A stretch of 27,040 nt of DNA. It comes from Nostoc sp. DedSLP01. GTDB lineage: Bacteria > Cyanobacteriota > Cyanobacteriia > Cyanobacteriales > Nostocaceae. The translations under genes were made by a program, and so were the position numbers. The stretch is taken from NCBI GenBank assembly GCA_034530875.2, contig JAVRCJ020000063.1, positions 1 to 27,040 on the forward strand, in the 5' to 3' direction. Positions within the stretch are counted from its first letter, which is position 1, and each line of letters opens with the position of its first letter. Under the pieces are notes generated by a model that was not told the origin of the DNA, did not search any database, and was given only the letters and a program-made list of their open reading frames with translations. Of this stretch, positions 18,133 to 27,040 are shown piece by piece.

Positions 18133-19515
18133 ATGAATCAGCTGTTCTCAATTCCAACAGCACTATGTCTACCTGCCCCTGATATTGAAGCTTTAATACA
18201 GGGGCGAACAATTGCAGCTTTACCTAAGATGTTTATTCGTCCTGGGCAAAGATTTGCACTTTATCCTAATGAGTCTTCAGTTTCAATTAAAGCTTGGGCT
18301 AAATGCGAACTTTGTCAGATTTTAGACGAGAGTAAGCCATTAGATATTTTGTCAAAATTAACAATATGGACACCACAAAGACTAAAAGAGATACTACAGC
18401 AACAGCAGTACCTTTTTTTAACTTATTTACGTGTCTATCAGTTACCTCAGTTACAAGAAATACCAGTTAATTCTAGTATTCAAGAAAAGTTAGGAAAATT
18501 TGTTAGTTTACCTAATCCTTTAAAGGTTTCTGAAGACAAGCCAATTTTAAACGATCGCACTTTCGCCCAACGCAAGCATCAACTAGAAAACTTACAGCCA
18601 CCACTGTATCCTGAACTGGAAGAATTACAAAGTGCGATTGCCTCGCTAACCAGTAACCAACCAGCAGCTAAACAATTAGATAATGATATCAAAGTATTTT
18701 TAGGTTGGAGTAGTAACAAGTTAATTAAACAACCCGATGCAAGTTTAGCTTGGATAGATGATATCGCAAAATTAGGCGATCGCAGCATAGAGTTAGATGA
18801 GAAAAAAAGCAACTACCAAGCTGGTACAGATTTTGAAAATATCGCACGTCAAAGTCTGGAATTTTTAGGCTTCAAAGTTGAAAGTGCTTTCAAAGGTGGC
18901 GCTGGAGGCTTAGATTTATATTGTTCAAAACCTTACCCTATTGTTTGCGAGTGTAAGGCGGGTAAGCTCATTCCGAGTCGTACTGTTGAGGAATTACTCA
19001 AACTTGGTGGAATGCACTTAGGTAAAACTCAACTATTAACTTCAGCTAAGTTAGTAATTGGCCCTGGTAATCCATCTCCAGATACACTAAAAGCCGCTAA
19101 AGAGTGGGAAGTAAGTATTATTAATGCTATGACTCTACAAAAGCTCGTTGAATTCCAAGCAAAATATCCAGGCGCTATTAATTTAGTAGAATTACAGCAA
19201 TATCTCAAACCTGGGCAGATTGACTATAAAATTGATGAATATATTGATAAAGCTGAGAGAGAAATTCAATTGCGATCGCACATTATCCAGCTTGTCAAAA
19301 ATTATCTAGAAAACTCAGGTATAGAATCTGCTGGTGTTGAATCTCTACATGGTGCTTATTTCGGTTCGCATCCACCACAGCCACTAAAAACAACAGAAAT
19401 GTATGAAATTCTGATAGAGCTTTCTTCGCCCTTAACAGGTTATTTAGGACGAATTAAAGGTAGTGATTGGAAGAGCGATCGCTTTTACTTTCTACGCAAT
19501 TTACTTATTAACTAA
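18133..19515 (+). CDS. DUF1802-like N-terminal domain fused to a PD-(D/E)xK (Mrr-like) restriction endonuclease domain
   Basis: DIEALIQGRTI...FALYP...IKAWAKC...LRVYQLP; GTDFENIARQSLEFLGF...GGLDLYC...CECKAG catalytic pattern. Confidence 0.8.
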   Translation: MNQLFSIPTALCLPAPDIEALIQGRTIAALPKMFIRPGQRFALYPNESSVSIKAWAKCELCQILDESKPLDILSKLTIWTPQRLKEILQQQQYLFLTYLRVYQLPQLQEIPVNSSIQEKLGKFVSLPNPLKVSEDKPILNDRTFAQRKHQLENLQPPLYPELEELQSAIASLTSNQPAAKQLDNDIKVFLGWSSNKLIKQPDASLAWIDDIAKLGDRSIELDEKKSNYQAGTDFENIARQSLEFLGFKVESAFKGGAGGLDLYCSKPYPIVCECKAGKLIPSRTVEELLKLGGMHLGKTQLLTSAKLVIGPGNPSPDTLKAAKEWEVSIINAMTLQKLVEFQAKYPGAINLVELQQYLKPGQIDYKIDEYIDKAEREIQLRSHIIQLVKNYLENSGIESAGVESLHGAYFGSHPPQPLKTTEMYEILIELSSPLTGYLGRIKGSDWKSDRFYFLRNLLIN

Positions 19516-19614
19516 AAGTAATAAAAATATTTGTTACTTTGCACTTTTATATTCTTTGCAGTTCGTTACAAAAGAGTGCGTGCTACTGCATTGTTTTCCA
19601 AAATCTACTTTGAA

Positions 19615-19932
19615 TCATATTCTGCCAGTTGTTCCTGTTTCGTTCAGGCAAAAAACACAGTGGTAAGTATTTAGGTACTTTTCAAGGGCTTTTTTATGAG
19701 CTTGCATTATGTCAGCATCAATCAAGTAATCACTGCTATCTGGCTCAACAGCAATATACTAAACATAGTGTTCTTCAATTAAATCGGGACGCACACGCTC
19801 AACAATTGCCCGACAACGCTGATAATACGCTTCATCTTCAGCTTTGTGTTTAGCAACTTCTTCTGGTGGTAAAGTGCGTTCTGGAAAGATTCTGCCCCGG
19901 CGTGCAGGTTGTTTTGCAGTTGATTCTGTCAG
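19615..19932 (-). pseudogene. Pseudogene of a small cyanobacterial hypothetical protein of the kind usually paired with a clan AA aspartyl protease
   Basis: 106-codon frame (L)TESTAKQPARRGRIFPERTLPPEEV...EEHYV*YIAVEPDSSDYLIDAD...FCLNETGTTGRI; CTG in place of the start, in-frame TAG at 19759-19761; ATGA-coupled stub MIQSRF follows. Confidence 0.7.
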
Positions 19933-20309
19933 GATTTAACTCTACCTGTTGATTTTGCTTTAATTTTAATATTATGGGGAATTAACAGCGATCGCTCCCC
20001 AATCTCAGCATTGCTATCTTGCATTTTTCTCAGTATTGTATATTTTAAGTGATAAACTTTACAAAAATTTTATACTTAACTACTGTGTAACTTCATTTAC
20101 AGAAGATAGTCAACTAAATACTGTCGAAGAGTCTTCTTATACTTACTACACTGGTATTCATTGATCGCAATTCACTATACCAGCCTTGAATGATTTGTAA
20201 AATCTTGCATACAGGCTGTTGACTGTTAACAGTTAACAGCTACATCTGGTATTTTTCACAACTCAAATAAGATTGCTATAGCCAGTTTAAGACTTAGGAA
20301 AGATGAGTT

Positions 20310-20969
20310 ATGTACTATCAAATTTGGAATTTCTTCCTTCAAGAGGATAAATATAATTATTGGAAAGATACAATAAAAATTAATAAAAGTTTTAATAGGG
20401 TTACTTGGCAAAAAGTTATTGACTTTTTGTCATTGGTAGAGCAAACTTTCGCCCTGAAATATCAACTTGGAGAAACTGATAATCTAGAGCCATTTCTTAA
20501 ATTAGCAAGAGAAAATGGTTACAATCTCACTGCCCAAGAACTTGCGTGGTTTTTAATTACCAGAAAACAGATTTGGGATCTTTTTGATTTTGCACAAAAA
20601 ACGCCATCTCTTAAAGAACAATTACTAACAGCTAAAAGTCCACAACATTTTGTCAATATAGCTGCCGATAATGGCTATTACTTTTCTGTAGAAGAATTAG
20701 CTTGGTTGTTAACTGAAATCAAATCCTCGTCGGAATTAGTATCGATTAATAACAGCGTTGGCGAGATTCTGACGGTATCGAATTACGGCAGAATTGAAAC
20801 AGGATATTGGATTTGGTTGGCAGAAGACTGGGGAATTGTAGCGCCATTTTGTCATCGCGATAAGCCTGGTACTTTTTTATCTCAAAATATCAGCAATCCT
20901 TTTTTACCCGATCGCTGTTTTTTACCCAAGAGCTACTTTAACCAGCGGCTAATGGCACTTAATAATTAA
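20310..20969 (+). CDS. Protein with two tandem Nif11-like leader domains
   Basis: FL..VEQT.ALKYQL.....LEPFLKLARENGYNLTAQELAWFL and LFDFAQKTPSLKEQLLTAKSPQHFVNIAADNGYYFSVEELAWLL. Confidence 0.75.
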   Translation: MYYQIWNFFLQEDKYNYWKDTIKINKSFNRVTWQKVIDFLSLVEQTFALKYQLGETDNLEPFLKLARENGYNLTAQELAWFLITRKQIWDLFDFAQKTPSLKEQLLTAKSPQHFVNIAADNGYYFSVEELAWLLTEIKSSSELVSINNSVGEILTVSNYGRIETGYWIWLAEDWGIVAPFCHRDKPGTFLSQNISNPFLPDRCFLPKSYFNQRLMALNN

Positions 20970-20995
20970 AATAATGAGTTACCAATCCTACACTA

Positions 20996-21037
20996 AAGCA
21001 TCCTAGACTGAAGATATACTTTGTATCTAGGATGCTT
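20996..21037. terminator. 12-bp inverted repeat between convergent genes
   Basis: aagcatcctaga / tctaggatgctt. Confidence 0.6.
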
Positions 21038-21101
21038 CACAATAAAAAATTGTTGCAGATACAACAATTCTCAACAAAATGTGATACTTACACTAGAGCT
21101 A

Positions 21102-22688
21102 TCAGCTAGCAGAAGCGGTCAAACTACTAGGTTTATGTAGATCGCCTTGCAAAACTACACCGCGCTGATTGGCGTGGAGATGACGCAAAATCTTGTAAAT
21201 CGCCTCAACTTGCTCTGATGCACCTGCTTTTTGGGCCAGTTCTTCCAAAGAAAGGGGAGCTTTTTCTTTTTGTAGCACTGCTAATACTCGTGTTTGCAAA
21301 TCAAGAATACTGGCGGCGGCTTTTTTGCCAGCTTCTACCCCTGGTTGATGGTAGGCGTTGATGTTGACCAAGCTAGCATATAAACCAACAGCACGTTCAT
21401 ACAAAGCAATTAATGCGCCTACTGTTCGGGCATTAACTTGGGGAATAGTGACTGTAATCGAATCGCGCTGATTTTCATAAAGTGCTTGTCGGGTTCCTTG
21501 GAGAAAACCAGAAAGATAATCGCCTGATGTAACTCCCGGATCTATTTCTGCCGATGGCCCTTGACGATCTTCCAGAACTTCAATGAGGGTAGCAAAGAAA
21601 TTCGGCACGCCTTCCCGTAATTGCTGGACGTAAGCATGTTGATCTGTTGAACCTTTGTTACCATAAACGGCGATGCCTTGATAGACAGTTTTGCCGTCTA
21701 AGTCTTTTTCTTTACCCAAAGATTCCATAACCAGCTGTTGCAGATAGCGGCTGAATAACAATAAGCTGTCCTTGTAAGGTAGAACAACCATATCTTTTTC
21801 ACCCCGTCCGTTACCAGCAAAGTACCAAGACAAAGCAAGCAAGGCTGCTGGGTTACTTTTCACATCTGGGACGCGGGTAGCGTCATCCATTTCTTTAGCA
21901 CCTTGGAGCATGGCGCGAACATCAATGCCTTGCAGTGCTGCTGGTACTAACCCGACAGTGGACATTTCGGAGGTGCGTCCTCCCACCCAGTCGTACATGG
22001 GAAATCTAGCCAGCCAGCCTTCCTCTTTAGCTACTTTATCGAGGTTGCTATCAGGGCTGGTAATAGCTACCGCATATTGAGCAAACTCCAAATTATGTCC
22101 GGCGTAGGCTTTTTTAACTTCAATCATGCCATTGCGAGGTTCTGGCGTACCCCCAGATTTGGAGATTACCAATACTAAAGTACTGGCGAGGTTGTTTCGC
22201 AAATGATTGAGAACGCGATCGATACCTGCCGGATCGCTGTTATCAATAAAGTGAATTTTCAGCGGTGGAAAATCAGGCGCCAAAGCTTCAGCGACGAATT
22301 GGGGGCCGAGGGCGGAACCACCAATACCAATAGAAATAACATCCGTGAAACGGCTCGCTCTGGGAGGATGAATAGCACCTGTTTGGACTTTTTCCGCAAA
22401 GGCTTCGATTTGTTCTAGGGTTTGGACAATTTCTTGTGTGAGTTCTGGAGTTGGCGCTAAATCAGGATTTCGCAGCCAATAATGTCCAACCATGCGGTTT
22501 TCATCAGGATTTGCGATCGCACCCTTCTCCAGACGATCCATATCCGCAAACGCCTTGTCAAACTTCGGCCGCAACGACTCCACAAAGTCATCATCGAACC
22601 GCATTCGACTCACGTCTAAGTACAGTCCCAATCCCTCGTGGAAATATAACCAGTTTTGGTATCGTTGCCAAAGTGCCCTAGCATCCAT
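21102..22688 (-). CDS. pgi: Glucose-6-phosphate isomerase
   Basis: [43 protein letters not shown]. Confidence 0.97.
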   Translation of the reverse strand: MDARALWQRYQNWLYFHEGLGLYLDVSRMRFDDDFVESLRPKFDKAFADMDRLEKGAIANPDENRMVGHYWLRNPDLAPTPELTQEIVQTLEQIEAFAEKVQTGAIHPPRASRFTDVISIGIGGSALGPQFVAEALAPDFPPLKIHFIDNSDPAGIDRVLNHLRNNLASTLVLVISKSGGTPEPRNGMIEVKKAYAGHNLEFAQYAVAITSPDSNLDKVAKEEGWLARFPMYDWVGGRTSEMSTVGLVPAALQGIDVRAMLQGAKEMDDATRVPDVKSNPAALLALSWYFAGNGRGEKDMVVLPYKDSLLLFSRYLQQLVMESLGKEKDLDGKTVYQGIAVYGNKGSTDQHAYVQQLREGVPNFFATLIEVLEDRQGPSAEIDPGVTSGDYLSGFLQGTRQALYENQRDSITVTIPQVNARTVGALIALYERAVGLYASLVNINAYHQPGVEAGKKAAASILDLQTRVLAVLQKEKAPLSLEELAQKAGASEQVEAIYKILRHLHANQRGVVLQGDLHKPSSLTASAS

Positions 22689-22802
22689 AGGGAAATCTCA
22701 AGTAAAGTGTGTTTTTCAAAAACCAGTTTAATGGAAGGTAATAGCGATCCCTGCCTAGCCTTATACAGTTTACAGTTTTAAGTGTTCGCTTAGCTCTTTC
22801 CC

Positions 22803-23060
22803 TTAAACATCTGGCATAGGGATGACACGCAAAAATTTTACGATTCCACCCCTAATTTCTATACCAATGAGATAATTATCTAAAGTGAAGCGATGAAAAA
22901 TCCCTTCACTATCAAGCTGTCGTAGTTCTTTTAGTCCACTCAACTGCCACTTATGGGCAAACTGGGTAAACACAAAGTCATACACCCGCTCGTAAGCAGC
23001 AGGTTCTAAATTTTTCAGGTCTAGCAAAAAAGACCTTGCATAGCGCACTTCCAGACTCAC
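22803..23060 (-). CDS. RelE/ParE-fold protein with apparently degenerate catalytic residues
   Basis: GTG start; YARSFLLDLKNL N-terminus; HRFTLDNYLIG where YRIRVGDYR is expected. Confidence 0.7.
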   Translation of the reverse strand: MSLEVRYARSFLLDLKNLEPAAYERVYDFVFTQFAHKWQLSGLKELRQLDSEGIFHRFTLDNYLIGIEIRGGIVKFLRVIPMPDV

Positions 23061-23185
23061 TAGGCGTTACCTTAAAAAATATTGCTGAGTACTGTTAGCG
23101 GTAGCGGGGCATTTAGCCCGTGTTGAGTGAAGAGGTCGGACTCAGGACTCAGCACCACTCAAAGCACATCGAAAGCGCTGCTGCA

Positions 23186-23383
23186 TTAGAAAAACATTAA
23201 TAGTCGTATTGCTTCATCATGGGTTAAGATGTCCCACGGCTGCTGCGATCGCTTTACTTTTTGTATAGCTCTAAGCATATAAAAGTCACAATGTAAAGCT
23301 TCGAGAACGCTCCAAGTGCTTTGCAGATCCTCGTCGGCTAACTGCTCAATTAAATGATGCATTCTAAGTCGCAGCAAATTCAT
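23186..23383 (-). CDS. Small antitoxin-like protein
   Basis: LRMHHLIEQLADEDL...LTHDEAIRLL pattern; lies upstream of the RelE-like gene. Confidence 0.65.
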   Translation of the reverse strand: MNLLRLRMHHLIEQLADEDLQSTWSVLEALHCDFYMLRAIQKVKRSQQPWDILTHDEAIRLLMFF

Positions 23384-23422
23384 ACGTCAATTCTTCCCTA
23401 CAAGCAAACACTAACAGTAAAT

Positions 23423-23431
23423 AGTATTCCC
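23423..23431 (-). promoter_or_regulatory. SigJ J-box (exact GGGAATACT)
   Basis: Plus-strand agtattccc, 39 nt upstream of ATG 23383. Confidence 0.65.
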
Positions 23432-23891
23432 AAAAATTGATTAAGGCTTAACGACAATACAGCACTAAGATCCAGCTAATACGATTTTGGCTTTTGGATT
23501 GAAAATTGACTTTGTAGAGGTCAGAGAATAGGAACAGGCGAAAGAAAAAACAGGCCGATCTGAACTGCATTGTGCTGTATCAGCCAAATCAAGCGTACAA
23601 GACAGTGTGGGAAGATAAATTTCACCTTCTGAGGCTCAAGTTTGACCTTGAAATAAATTATCCAAATCCAATCTTGTGAGGTGGATATCTTGTTCGCCCC
23701 TGTTTACGGGCGGGCGAGACGCCCACCCCACAAGAGAAGTTAAATTTTTTTGATTGGGAAAGCCTTTAAATCTTCTAAAGAGGACTAAACTCAGTCAATA
23801 CTTAGTGCGATCGCAGTCTACAAAACGTGGACTTAAAATAAAAGCCTGTAAAATTTATTTCTTGATGGTAAATTGAACAGACTCTCAACTA

Positions 23892-23947
23892 TTGTACAGA
23901 CGCGATTCATCGCGTCTCTCTTGTACAGACAGGATTCATCGCCTCTC
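23892..23947. repeat. Tandem 29-bp palindromic short dispersed repeat
   Basis: ttgtacagacgcgattcatcgcgtctctc followed by a degenerate copy, upstream of natC. Confidence 0.75.
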
Positions 23948-23967
23948 CCAACTTTTAACTATTTAAT

Positions 23968-25101
23968 ATGGTTGAATATCTCATTTTCTTAGCAATTTCT
24001 ACAGCCAGTTTTGCCTTATTTGCTCTCGGACTGAATTTACAGTGGGGGTTTACTGGCTTAATTAACTTTGGTCATGTTGCTTTTATGACCTTAGGAGCGT
24101 ATACAACTGTGTTGTTAAGCTTAAAGGGCGTTCCCCTACTGATATCAACACTGGTAGGGGCAATGGTAGCTGCTTTGTTGGGTTTGATAATTGGTTTTGC
24201 AACTCTACGCTTGCGAGAAGATTACTTAGCAATTGTAACTATCGGTACAGGAGAATTAATTCGTTTAATAATCAATAATCAAGAATTACCTATAGGGGAT
24301 GCTTGGGTTTCTGGGGCGTTTGGCGTCCAAAGTTATCCCATACCCTTCTCCACACAGCCGAGTTTGTTTTTTAGATTCGTGATGATTGGGCTATTAACGC
24401 TGCTAGCTGCTATAACTTTCTGGACGTTGTGGCGATGGATTCGCACTACTCAAATATCTCGGACTACCGATTTAGGTCGAAAGCTGACTAACAAACAAGA
24501 ATTTATATCTCGTTTGGGGGTGGGAATTGTATTAGGAATTTTGGCAGCAGCGATTTATATTTCTGGGGTAATTGGACTGTATAATTACAACCCAAAAGCC
24601 GGTTTAATGTTGGTGTTGCTGTTGGTTCTAGCTGTTGTATTTTGGCGGTTAGAAATTTTGGTGCGATCGCCTTGGGGTAGAATTCTCAAAGCTATCCGTG
24701 AAGATGAAGAAATTCCCAAAGCATTAGGAAAAAATGTCTTTTGGTATAAATTACAATCTCTCATGCTTGGAGGTGCGATCGCTGGTATCGCTGGTGCTTT
24801 CTTCGCTTGGCAACTCGGCGCTATTTACCCTGATAATTTTCAGCCCCAGTTGACTTTTGATACTTGGATTATGGTAATTTTAGGCGGTTCTGGTAATAAT
24901 ATCGGCACAATCTTAGGTGCAGTGATTTTCTTTGCTTACGATGCCATCACGCGAGAAGTTTTACCGAGAATCGTACCCCTTGATGAAGCGCGTTTGGGTG
25001 CATTTCGCATCATGGTAATTGGATTAATTTTAATGGTACTGATGATTTGGCGTCCTCAAGGTATCTTAGGGAAAAAGGAGGAACTCACCCTTGGTAAATA
25101 A
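23968..25101 (+). CDS. natC: Neutral/branched-chain amino acid ABC transporter permease (LivM-like)
   Basis: GLNLQWGFTGLINFGHVAF, LRLREDYLAIVT, SPWGRILKAIREDE, MVILGGSGN. Confidence 0.9.
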   Translation: MVEYLIFLAISTASFALFALGLNLQWGFTGLINFGHVAFMTLGAYTTVLLSLKGVPLLISTLVGAMVAALLGLIIGFATLRLREDYLAIVTIGTGELIRLIINNQELPIGDAWVSGAFGVQSYPIPFSTQPSLFFRFVMIGLLTLLAAITFWTLWRWIRTTQISRTTDLGRKLTNKQEFISRLGVGIVLGILAAAIYISGVIGLYNYNPKAGLMLVLLLVLAVVFWRLEILVRSPWGRILKAIREDEEIPKALGKNVFWYKLQSLMLGGAIAGIAGAFFAWQLGAIYPDNFQPQLTFDTWIMVILGGSGNNIGTILGAVIFFAYDAITREVLPRIVPLDEARLGAFRIMVIGLILMVLMIWRPQGILGKKEELTLGK

Positions 25102-25873
25102 CCAATCATCACCACTTCCTCTGCTGGCTGCCAGTGGGCTTTCTAAAAGTTTTGGCGGTATTAAGGCAGTTAATGAAGCAAAAATCGAAGTTGCCAAAGG
25201 CAGCATCACGGGTTTAATTGGCCCCAATGGTGCTGGTAAAACGACTTTATTTAATTTACTCTCAAACTTCATCCGCCCAGACAAAGGACGGGTAATTTTT
25301 GACGGCGAACCTATTCACAATTTGCAGCCATATCAAATCGCCCAACAGGGAGTAGTACGTACTTTTCAAGTTGCACGCACTCTCTCGCGGTTGTCGGTGT
25401 TAGAAAATATGCTGTTAGCCGCGCAAAAACAAACGGGTGAAAATTTTTGGCAAGTGCAGTTACAACCCCACATCGTAGCCAAGGAAGAAAAGGAACTCCA
25501 AGAACGAGCGATGTTTCTGTTAGAATCTGTGGGCTTGGCAAAAAAAGCACACGATTATGCTGGTGGTTTGTCTGGCGGACAGCGCAAGCTGTTGGAAATG
25601 GGACGCGCCCTCATGACTAATCCCAAGTTAATTTTGTTGGATGAACCAGCAGCAGGAGTAAATCCCAGATTAATTGATGATATTTGCGATCGCATTGTTA
25701 CTTGGAACCGCCAAGATGGCATGACATTTTTGATTATCGAACACAATATGGATGTGATTATGTCACTGTGCGATCGTGTTTGGGTACTTGCCGAAGGACA
25801 AAATCTAGCTGACGGTACGCCAGGAGAAATTCAAAACAATCCCAAAGTTCTCGAAGCTTATTTAGGAAAATAA
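25091..25873 (+). CDS. natA: Neutral/branched-chain amino acid ABC transporter ATPase (LivG-like)
   Basis: GPNGAGKTT, LSGGQRKLLE, LLDEPAAG, IEHNM; overlaps the natC stop. Confidence 0.92.
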   Translation: MVNNQSSPLPLLAASGLSKSFGGIKAVNEAKIEVAKGSITGLIGPNGAGKTTLFNLLSNFIRPDKGRVIFDGEPIHNLQPYQIAQQGVVRTFQVARTLSRLSVLENMLLAAQKQTGENFWQVQLQPHIVAKEEKELQERAMFLLESVGLAKKAHDYAGGLSGGQRKLLEMGRALMTNPKLILLDEPAAGVNPRLIDDICDRIVTWNRQDGMTFLIIEHNMDVIMSLCDRVWVLAEGQNLADGTPGEIQNNPKVLEAYLGK

Positions 25874-25909
25874 TTTGCAAGATAAAAACATATTAGTTCA
25901 TGAAAGCTA

Positions 25910-25944
25910 AAGATACCCGACTTATTAAATAAGTCGGGTATCTT
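25910..25944. repeat. 35-bp palindrome (17-bp arms), dispersed repeat or terminator
   Basis: aagatacccgacttatt-a-aataagtcgggtatctt. Confidence 0.85.
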
Positions 25945-25945
25945 G

Positions 25946-26263
25946 TAAGTAGGTGGACATATTGCGATCGCGTATTCGAGAGCGAGTATTAACTGAGGCA
26001 GTTCTGTTATGAAGGATAATAGTGAAAAGTTGCGCGATATTTTAGCAGCTATCGAACGTATCGACAAATATGCAGTTTAAGGTCGGAAAGCTTTTGAAGA
26101 TAACGAACTAATTCCAACTTGGTTTATTTAACACCTACAAATTCTTGGAGAAGCATCACGTGTATTAAGTAGAAGGCAGGAGGCAGAAGGCAGAAGGTAA
26201 AAACCAGTTGAACAGAGGATTTGAAAGATTGACAGTTTACATTTAATTATGTCCACCTACTTA
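25946..26263. mobile_element. Segment bounded by perfect 16-bp inverted repeats (MITE-like ends)
   Basis: taagtaggtggacata 25946-25961 / tatgtccacctactta 26248-26263. Confidence 0.55.
25962..26170 (+). pseudogene. Remnant of an MNT (nucleotidyltransferase)-HEPN/DUF86 toxin-antitoxin pair
   Basis: MNT-like C-terminus LRSRIRERVLTEAVLL* is ATGA-coupled to MKDNSEKLRDILAAIERIDKYAV*GRKAFEDNELIPTWFI*HLQILGEASRVLS; two in-frame TAA; truncated. Confidence 0.8.
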
Positions 26264-26290
26264 TTTGCTTGAAATAAAAGAGGTCTAAAA

Positions 26291-26530
26291 ATGAAAAGTG
26301 AACAGGAACGCGAACAATTAATTAAAGAGATTAATGTATTTTTAAATCAAGCTTATGATAGCACTTTAGATGAGATTTACGCACTACTACAAACAATAGA
26401 AGAAGAAGAGGAAGAAGAAGATTTAAAAGCTTACGACAAAGCAAAAAAAGAAGCTAATATTGATAGTTCAGTGTCATGGGAAGAAGCTAAAAAAGAACTA
26501 AAAACAGGAATAAACAAGGAAGTTGCGTGA
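26291..26530 (+). CDS. Type II antitoxin (acidic)
   Basis: GAGG Shine-Dalgarno; EEEEDLKAYDKAKKE...VSWEEAKKEL; GTGA overlap with the toxin. Confidence 0.8.
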   Translation: MKSEQEREQLIKEINVFLNQAYDSTLDEIYALLQTIEEEEEEEDLKAYDKAKKEANIDSSVSWEEAKKELKTGINKEVA

Positions 26531-26793
26531 GTTATAAAGTTGAAATATTGAGGGGTGCATTGAAGCAACTTAAAAAAATACCGTTAGAACTTCAAGAACG
26601 TATACAAATTAAAATTGATGATTTAGCTACAGAACCACGTCCGAATGGGGTTAAAAAGCTAAAAGGCAAAGAAAATGCTTATAGAATTAGAGTAGGTGAC
26701 TATCGAATTATCTACGAGATTTTCGATGAGCTTCTAGTGGTGAATGTTGTGGAAGTCGGACATCGTAGAAATATTTATAAAGAGGAAAGTTGA
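26527..26793 (+). CDS. RelE/ParE family toxin
   Basis: PRPNGVKKLKG...YRIRVGDYRIIYEI...VVEVGHRRNIY. Confidence 0.92.
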   Translation: MSYKVEILRGALKQLKKIPLELQERIQIKIDDLATEPRPNGVKKLKGKENAYRIRVGDYRIIYEIFDELLVVNVVEVGHRRNIYKEES

Positions 26794-27040
26794 GAAGCAA
26801 GAAAAATTTAGAGCGATCGCACCTCTCTACAAACCCAAACTTAGGCATCGCACTTCTCCACAAACCCAAAACGCAATCGATCGCCCATATCCCCATCTAC
26901 TCCCAATACGATTCGGTTAAAGGGGAAAGAGGAAAGGGAAAAGGGTAATTTCAAACTTTTTCCCCTGAAGGGGTGACAAAGAGCCTATAAAGCAGACTGG
27001 ATAAGAGCCATAGCACGTAAACCTTGATGAAAATAAGGTA

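Noticed and set aside
19463..19853. Plus-strand ORFs of 67 and 74 aa
   Set aside because: No recognisable motifs; they shadow the minus-strand pseudogene
1793..25746. Short ORFs nested in or antisense to long genes (e.g. 1793, 2194, 4253, 7678, 11542, 14835, 16951, 22203, 25311)
   Set aside because: They overlap well-supported CDSs and show no independent signals
26813..26945. HIP1-linked acaaacccaaa repeats, caatacgattcggttaa and purine heptamers
   Set aside because: Look like ordinary Nostocales dispersed repeats; no second end or ORF within the window

Overview
Chromosomal window from a filamentous, probably Nostocales, cyanobacterium (frequent HIP1 GCGATCGC octamers, ndhO, natC/natA, heptamer STRR and other short dispersed repeats). 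Core genes (glyQ, comEC, rlmN, MIF-like tautomerase, ndhO, mdh, pgi, natC-natA) alternate with accessory DNA. Two accessory blocks stand out. (1) At 10.1-14.3 kb an AT-rich stretch with no HIP1 site found by eye encodes an HTH-NACHT (STAND/NLR-like) protein and two small ORFs, one missing from the ORF track; phased CGG(C/T)AAT repeats lie upstream of all three, and one small ORF has a highly structured leader. (2) At 15.5-19.5 kb a three-gene operon (winged-helix-like protein, P-loop ATPase, DUF1802-like/PD-(D/E)xK nuclease fusion) looks like an uncharacterised anti-phage or restriction system. Also present: an orphan tandem Nif11-leader protein, an intact RelE-type toxin-antitoxin (TA) pair, a degenerate RelE-like pair behind an exact SigJ J-box, a decayed MNT-HEPN TA remnant between 16-bp inverted repeats, and other pseudogenes. 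All family assignments come from motif recognition by eye; no database search was run.
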